NCBI GenBank assembly: GCA_964016885.1
Contig: OZ024743.1
Span: 18,848,001 to 18,912,000, forward strand
Direction: 5' to 3'
Origin: Eledone cirrhosa
Lineage: Eukaryota
Length of the DNA: 64,000 nt
Part shown: in pieces, positions 55,526 through 64,000 of the stretch
Layout: the number at the start of each line of letters is the position of its first letter
How positions within the stretch are numbered: the stretch's first letter is position 1
Notes under the pieces: generated by a model
What the model was told of the DNA's origin: nothing
Seen by the model: only the letters and a program-made list of their open reading frames with translations
Database searches by the model: none
Program-made: the position numbers and the translations under genes

Positions 55526-55576
55526 AATAAACGTAATGAAGGAGGAACCACTCACCATTGTTTTATTTTATATATC

Positions 55577-55644
<68 letters not shown>

Positions 55645-57292
55645 GGTGTATAGGTTTGTGTGTGTTTGTGTATATGTATGTTTATGCGTACACTTTATTT
55701 CTAGTGTTTGTCCTGTTTCACAAGAAAGTATCAATAAGGTAAGTAATTACTAGAGTCGGTATGACCCTCTAAAAAAAGCCGATGCTCACTCATGACTGCA
55801 GCTGCATGTCTGAAATCAGTTAAAGTATAAAAAATATGCATGACCTGAGTGTATGTGAGTGTGTGTTTCAGTATGTGTTTGTGTGAGTGTCAGTTTGGAT
55901 ACATATAAATGCGAAAAACTAATAAAAGACATCACAAGCGTGAAATAGAACAGAATGCAATGATGGTGTAAAATGTTACCGTTCGTTAGATTTGGCATAG
56001 TATATCAACATTTCAAATGCTAGATTGAATAATGGTGACAAATGATGAGGTTTGTAGAGAGATACACATTAAACCTATATGAGAGTAGTAAACAAAGAAT
56101 AGATGTATTAGTAGATATATGGGAAGCAAGGTTTGTTTGTCAGTGATTTTGAAAATATATATGAGGTGATATATGCGGATCAACATAGTTAAAATAGTTG
56201 CCAGACGTCACTCTGTTGAAAGTCTAATATGGTATATTTCGAACTGTCTCTTCCATCCTTTCGAAAACAATAAATTGACTATAAGCAAAGGTATTAGAGC
56301 GTCGAATGCGGTGCATTGCGTTATCTATTCCGACACAATGCCTTCTATGTCCTGCTGGTTGGATATAATAAACTAGCCCGTTTGTGTATGTCTAAAAAGC
56401 AGCATAGCATGCCTTGGAGCAACGATTGCAGTGTCAAATATGTTTCTATACAAACACACTAAAACACAGAAGTATCTATCGATCCACTATCATTATTGAG
56501 CAGAACCTGATTCAACTAGAACCCTAATATCATGAATATTACCGTAGATAATATGAAATTATAATGTCTAGTGTTACAATAAATGACGAAATCGTGACAG
56601 TTGGAATTTCTTTAATCATAGATCGATTAAGATCTTACGTCGGCAGAACAACACATGCTCTAAAAGTATAGCTACACGTAATATAAACTGAGAAGTTAAA
56701 GGGAGTTAATGTGGAAAATATAATTATTTTCTTTAGCAATCTAACGTCCCAACTACCCACTAAACTCACTACATGCTGTTATATATTGATTTCCCTTGAG
56801 TATTCCTAACCTCAATATCAGGTAACATGCACAGTCGGTCTAATTAATGTTACTATAGAGGTGATATTTAATTTATCGATCAAGCGTAGATGAAAACGTG
56901 AACATCGTCACAGTTGAGATTAAGAAACAGAGCAGTAAGTTGTAAAACTTACAATTTGATAATACTAATAAAGTTCACGCTGCGCTTGTGTCTACACCAT
57001 AGCCAAGAAATCTCTCAGCAAAATCGCTTACAAATCAAGCGAAACAGAAAGACTTCATAGTATGTTAAAAATAGCAGCCATGTCCATATAACCAGCATCT
57101 TAAAGTATGACGAACTATTTTCTGGAATGGAGGTCTTCGTGCAATATTAAAACTGGTATTAGTCTCCAGTTGAAGGAATTAAAACAATATATACATACAC
57201 ACGTATACACACATACATACGCACATACCCCGCCCCATATATATATATATATAGAGAAAGATTTGAATGGATACAGTTTAGTTGAAAGGAAT

Positions 57293-57414
57293 TTATTGAC
57301 ACGTGTTTCTGTAACAGTTACATAACCTGAAAACAGCTGCTATCTACAAAAGTTTTATTTATGCAGACATTCAATATTTCAATGTTATTATTTACTGTCA
57401 TTTCATCAGAATAA
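57293..57414 (-). ncRNA. Type-I hammerhead, canonical core, 93-nt stem II, in the 3' region of the near-intact PLE
   Basis: Minus strand ttatt CTGATGA aatgacagt..actgttaca GAAAC acgt GTC aataa; about 870 nt downstream of the ORF stop. Confidence 0.75.
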
Positions 57415-58280
57415 TATTATTGAGGACCTATTTGGTTTTTATAGAGAATATTAGGAGGGAGGGATGAAGTTGTTAGAAGAATACTTGAGGGAGTGGTTTG
57501 TTGATAGCAGTGAGAATTTTTTGGTGGCAGTGAGTAATTAGATTCCCATCTGTTGTTTTGACATTTTTATAGAATATATTATTGGTTATTTTTCTAAATT
57601 TATAGAAGGATTAGAGATAGTAAAGATATGCGTGGTTGGTTTTGTGTTTGCACTTAATTAACATTCAGACTTAAATTTTTCTTTCAAGTGTACGTATCCT
57701 TTCACCCACGCATTCACACACAAATATATTTGCACACCTCTACAAAATACATATACTCACATTCACATATTCATATTTACATACATATACAAATGCATAC
57801 ATATATATATACACACATGTATTCATGTACATACATACGCGTTCATGTGTATACATTTTCATACTCAACTTATCTTTATATACACACGCATAGACACACA
57901 CATATATACATACATACTCTAGTCTATGTGTACACATATACATATACATACACACCTATACATATATATATATATATACACACATATATATATACATATA
58001 TATATATATATAAGCACTTTAATACATGAATACACTTACATCCTACTATACACATCAAACATATATATATTTACTTATTTATATACATTTTCACATATAT
58101 ATACATACTTATGGACGTTTTTAGACACATTCATTATCGCATATTTGCACCTATTTTCATCAGCATATCTTTCCATTATTAGTGTGGTAATTTAAGGTTA
58201 TTAATATATGTTGAGAAGAGATTGTTTTTATATTTTTCTAACTAGAATGAGGTTTATATAGTTGGGGGGATGTTCCTCTT

Positions 58281-60152
<1,872 letters not shown>

Positions 60153-61074
60153 ATGCGTGTGTAGACAACAATTTGATGTTTAAGATAACTGTGGTTGCAA
60201 TAAGAATATCTAATATATTTTCTAACGGTATTTGAAAACACGGGGATGAAACAATAAGAAACAGAAAACGTGGAAGCGTCAAGCACAATAATTCACGGTC
60301 ATCGGCTGTCTTCTGGAGATCATTATAAGTTTGAGTATTCACCACCAGTGTATCAATAGAGTCCACGGAATTATTTATAGATAGCTATTCGGGATGAGAA
60401 CATAACAGACGATAGACAAAAGATCTAAAAAGAAAAATGAAAGCAAAAAAAATAGCTACATACCAATACGAGATGGTGGAATGAAAGGTTCATAGGCTGA
60501 CTATGAAGAAGTGATTGTAGAAGTGTGAAATGTCGCATGCATTAATTTGAACTCTTCCTATTAATAAATGCATTGTTTCTATCAGGGAATATGTTGAGAA
60601 ATAAACCTCAATTGTACAAGTCTTGAGAGTATCTTCGTCAGTCAATGAACTTTTCAGCCGGCACTCTTATACACACACACATACACACACACACATACAC
60701 ACACACACACACACAATCACACACACACATACATACACAATATCACACACATATATATATTTACATACATTTATATATGTATGTGTATATAAATATATAT
60801 ATACACAGTTCAAGAGTAACCAATCTTAAAGAGAGAGATGGAGATAGGAGAGGAGATAGGAGAGGAGAGATTGGTGAATCAGTTAGAAGCCAAAGCGTAA
60901 AGGCATGTGCTCAATGTGCAATATGCAGTGGAAGGCTGCTCGGTGGCTGGGTTCATGCAGAGGTTAGGTGCACAGAGCTGGAACTATTCATTAGTTGAGC
61001 AAAACAAGACCACACATTTCACAAGGAAGACATTATTAAAAGATTGTCAACATATTTTAGTTTGATGTAAGGAA

Positions 61075-61286
61075 TAATAATAATAATATTAATAATAATT
61101 GTTTCTAGTTTTGGCACAAGGCCAGTAATTAACCAGTATATTACTGGTACTTTATTTTATCAACCCCATAAGGATGAAAGGCAAAGTTAACCTCGGCGGG
61201 ATTTGAACTCAGAATGGCAAGGGCCGTAACTCTATACGCCAAAGCATGGCGTCCGACCCTCTACCGTTACTGCCAATCCACCGCCC
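61075..61286 (-). mobile_element. Full-length tRNA-derived SINE
   Basis: Minus strand GGCGGTGGATTGGCAGTAACGG (A-box), GAGTTCAAATCCC (B-box), (TTA)n tail. Confidence 0.9.
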
Positions 61287-61295
61287 TTAATAATA

Positions 61296-61471
61296 CTAAT
61301 AATAATTGTTTCTACTTTAGGCACAAGGCCAGCAAATTAACCGGTGCATTACTGGTACTTTATTTTATCGACCCCGTAAGGATGAAAGGCAAAGTCAACC
61401 TCGGCGGGATTTGAACTCAGATCGTAAAGGGACGTAACTATGCGTCAAAGCATGGCGTCCGACACTCTACC
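61296..61471 (-). mobile_element. Second SINE copy in tandem, 5'-truncated
   Basis: Same body; closest to the copy at 1-156. Confidence 0.85.
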
Positions 61472-61483
61472 ATAATAATGTCC

Positions 61484-61602
61484 GTTTACAATTGTTTCGC
61501 TACTCCATATAATATTTCTGGATCAAATGATTATATATCATTATTGATCTGGTTCATTTGAAAATAATTAACATAGGTAGAAATAGAGCAGCTCATCCAA
61601 AT
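61484..61602 (-). ncRNA. Decayed long-stem-II hammerhead in a PLE 3' region
   Basis: Minus strand att TGGATGA gctgctct..94 nt..ggagtagc GAAAC aatt GTA aac; 8-bp stem II base; core positions 3-4 mutated. Confidence 0.5.
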
Positions 61603-61962
61603 TTGAAAAGGAATATTAATTAAAATAAGCGAATAATGTTACATAAATGTAATGTTCCCTATGTTGGTATTTCACTATGGTGTCCTGGGTATATCAATGG
61701 TTGCCACAGTGGAGCAGTATTCTTCTGTCGAAGCTGCATTGTGTGAGATCTGCCTATGGGTAACAAGATTTACCTTACTAATTAGAGGGTGGTTTCAGGG
61801 GAAGTAACTCCTCGAGAGATTAGAAATTGTGGGTAGTTTATAGTTGTGCTAATTTTTTAATATTTTTAATTGAGAGCCAATGTAAGGGAGGTAACTTATA
61901 ATTATCTAAGTTAGTTATAGCTATTTAACTTATTAGCTACAAGTAAAAATGGGGCTAGATGT

Positions 61963-62865
61963 CTATGTTGGGTGAAATATTCTGTTGGCGAAGGAATTAG
62001 CCTTTCGATGTTGACAGCTAATATTTACCTCCGTTCTATCGTTAATCGGTAGAGGTCCTGATAGAGTTATGTAATATGCTTCGGTAAGACAGAATTCACA
62101 AGCTGTTCTTCGTCCATTGAACGGTTGTGCACTAGACAAGATATCCCATGTTAATGAGTGTTCAATGTTGCTTAATTTAAGGTTTTTAATTATCCTAGCT
62201 AGAGATGTCGAACATCTGTTGTTAGGGTTTCGGAAGGAAAAGGGGTGCGCGTTATAGCGTACCTTAAAAGGGTTAGAGGTAAACCCGATATATGAGCTGG
62301 TCTGGGAAGCAGTTTTAACCATGCACCTATAGACTATGTTGGGTGTCAGGCAATGTCCATTTAGTGGACATGCGTTCGGGTAACGGCAGTTGCAGTTACT
62401 CCTGCGGTTAGTGAGAGTAGGGTTGTTTAACCTAAGCGGTTGGTCAGTGCTAGAAGGATAAGATGGGGGGAGGTGTGCTACTAACGTAAGTATTGATGTA
62501 GTGGGTTGTGTATTTGTTGGGAGTGGTGGTACCGCGGTGTGGGAGTTATACTGTCTTAGTTTATGATTGTTACTGAATGCGATGTGGCTAGTCAGGTTTG
62601 GTGTTGTGGAGAATGAGCTTTCAATGTTAATGTTATTAAAGAGTTTGTAATACCTATGGTTGGGGGTGGGTGGGGGTAGATAGGATAGAGAAGAAGCGTT
62701 TAGGGATATTAGTGGTAAGATTAGATGAGAATGAGGGGTTAAGCCAGGTGTTATTTCTGGGCCTATTCCTTCTAGGGGTTTTAGTGGAGTTGGTAGGGGC
62801 CTTCATAGGGTTATTATTACCTGTGGATTTGTTATTTGTCATCCCATTTCTCATTCCTATTCTGA
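61963..62865 (-). pseudogene. Penelope-like linker plus GIY-YIG, 5'-truncated, frameshifted
   Basis: WLNPSFSSNLTTNI, FSTTPNL, CNCRYPNACPLNGHCL..IVY..YIGFTSNPFKVRY..CEFCLTE..CQHR. Confidence 0.9.
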
Positions 62866-63039
62866 TAACAGCAACAACACCGACAACACCGTTTTTGGCA
62901 GTAGCAACAGCAACAGCAGCAATAACAAGATCAGTAGCCGCAGTAGCGGCAGCAATAAAGGTGCTGCTTAAAAAGGGGCCACTTCTTTCGCAGGTGTGAT
63001 CCGAAATATAGAGACAGTGCTAATCACGGAGGAGGAGAT

Positions 63040-63650
63040 GGCAGTCGCAAGAGCCATTGTGTCGAGAACAATAGTGTTTCCCTGAAACCTCCACCGGATT
63101 TCTTCAAAGACCAGTAGCTGCGCACGGTTACTGACCGCACCGTAAGCAAGATGTCACATCAGGTGGAGAGAGACACGGAGGCTCAAATCCAAAAGCGCGC
63201 AAAACCCACATCACCCGAAGCAAAAAGTACGCTACAATAGATCGATTGTCGCCACCCCACAACAGGCGAAGTCTCACTCTTTAGAACCCTAAAGTGGGAG
63301 GAGATAGTCTTGGTGCCCTCCTACTGCGGGCAGAAAATTGTGAGGGTCAAAGTGACCCAGGTCCCTCCCAACGAGACCATACCTGGCTGGCCGCCTCTGT
63401 ACTGGCTGGAATCGAGGGGAAGACCACCATACTGCAAATACAGAGAATGGGAAAAGCGAACTGGTCATGAATAGGCATGCAAATGCTAATACAGACTGAC
63501 CAGGAGTGTATCGAGGCCATCCCAGACATCAGAAACCTAGAAGAAGGGCTCCAGCTCCCTATAAGCGTGGAAGGAAGGCGCCCAAACTTCTAACTTTGTA
63601 GGCAGAAGACAGCCAAGAAGAGGGCTCCCCTCCTTCCGACGCCTGATCCG
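63040..63650 (+). pseudogene. Possible retrotransposon ORF1/gag-like relic with decayed zinc knuckle
   Basis: GC-richer block; EEIVLVPSYCGQKIVRVKVTQVPP and VEGRRPNF*LCRQK; several stops. Confidence 0.35.
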
Positions 63651-64000
63651 CTGCTATCAAGAGCTGGGCAGGCAACAGAGGCAGAAAACCCTTCCATGGT
63701 GAGTAGAATGGCAATGTCCGTGGCACCCATACCAAGGCCACGGACAACTAAAGCAGCAGCAACGGTGGCGGTAACACCAACAGTCGCAGTAGCTACACCG
63801 GCGAACTGGGATGCTTCAGATCCGTGTCAGCTTACGTCGAAGACCTCACCGTGGTGTTGTCGAGCTCCAAACACGTCCAGATGTTCGGCACCGCTCTCAA
63901 GGAATACGAAGCGATGACAGCAGCAAAACCAGGAAAAGTCAGTGGTCTTGCAACTCGGCACCTGGAGAGGCAAGACCATTCAGTCCGACAGCCTCGTGTG

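Noticed and set aside
61075-61471. A/B boxes as tRNA genes
   Set aside because: No cloverleaf; these are SINE heads followed by the shared SINE body.

Overview
AT-rich eukaryotic (metazoan) non-coding DNA, probably intronic or intergenic. The tRNA-derived SINE family and the dense (TA)n tracts suggest an Octopus-like cephalopod (inference). No host protein-coding exon could be supported, and most ORF-track entries are (TA)n/(CA)n read-throughs. The window holds four fragments of Penelope-like elements (PLEs; RT plus C-terminal GIY-YIG), an internally deleted Chapaev3-type transposon, a frameshifted DD37D (maT) Tc1/mariner, Helitron ends, SINEs and LINE relics. The main signal is about 25 type-I hammerhead ribozyme (HHR) motifs from at least 10 sequence families, sitting in PLE 3' regions and in short non-coding, head-to-head inverted inserts inside (TA)n. 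Many are atypical: compensatory U3-A8 cores, 59-115 nt stem II insertions, varied but palindromic loop III, and an octamer/TATA-like module upstream in two retrozyme-like families. All alignments and folds were done by eye; coordinates may be off by a few nt and cleavage activity is untested.
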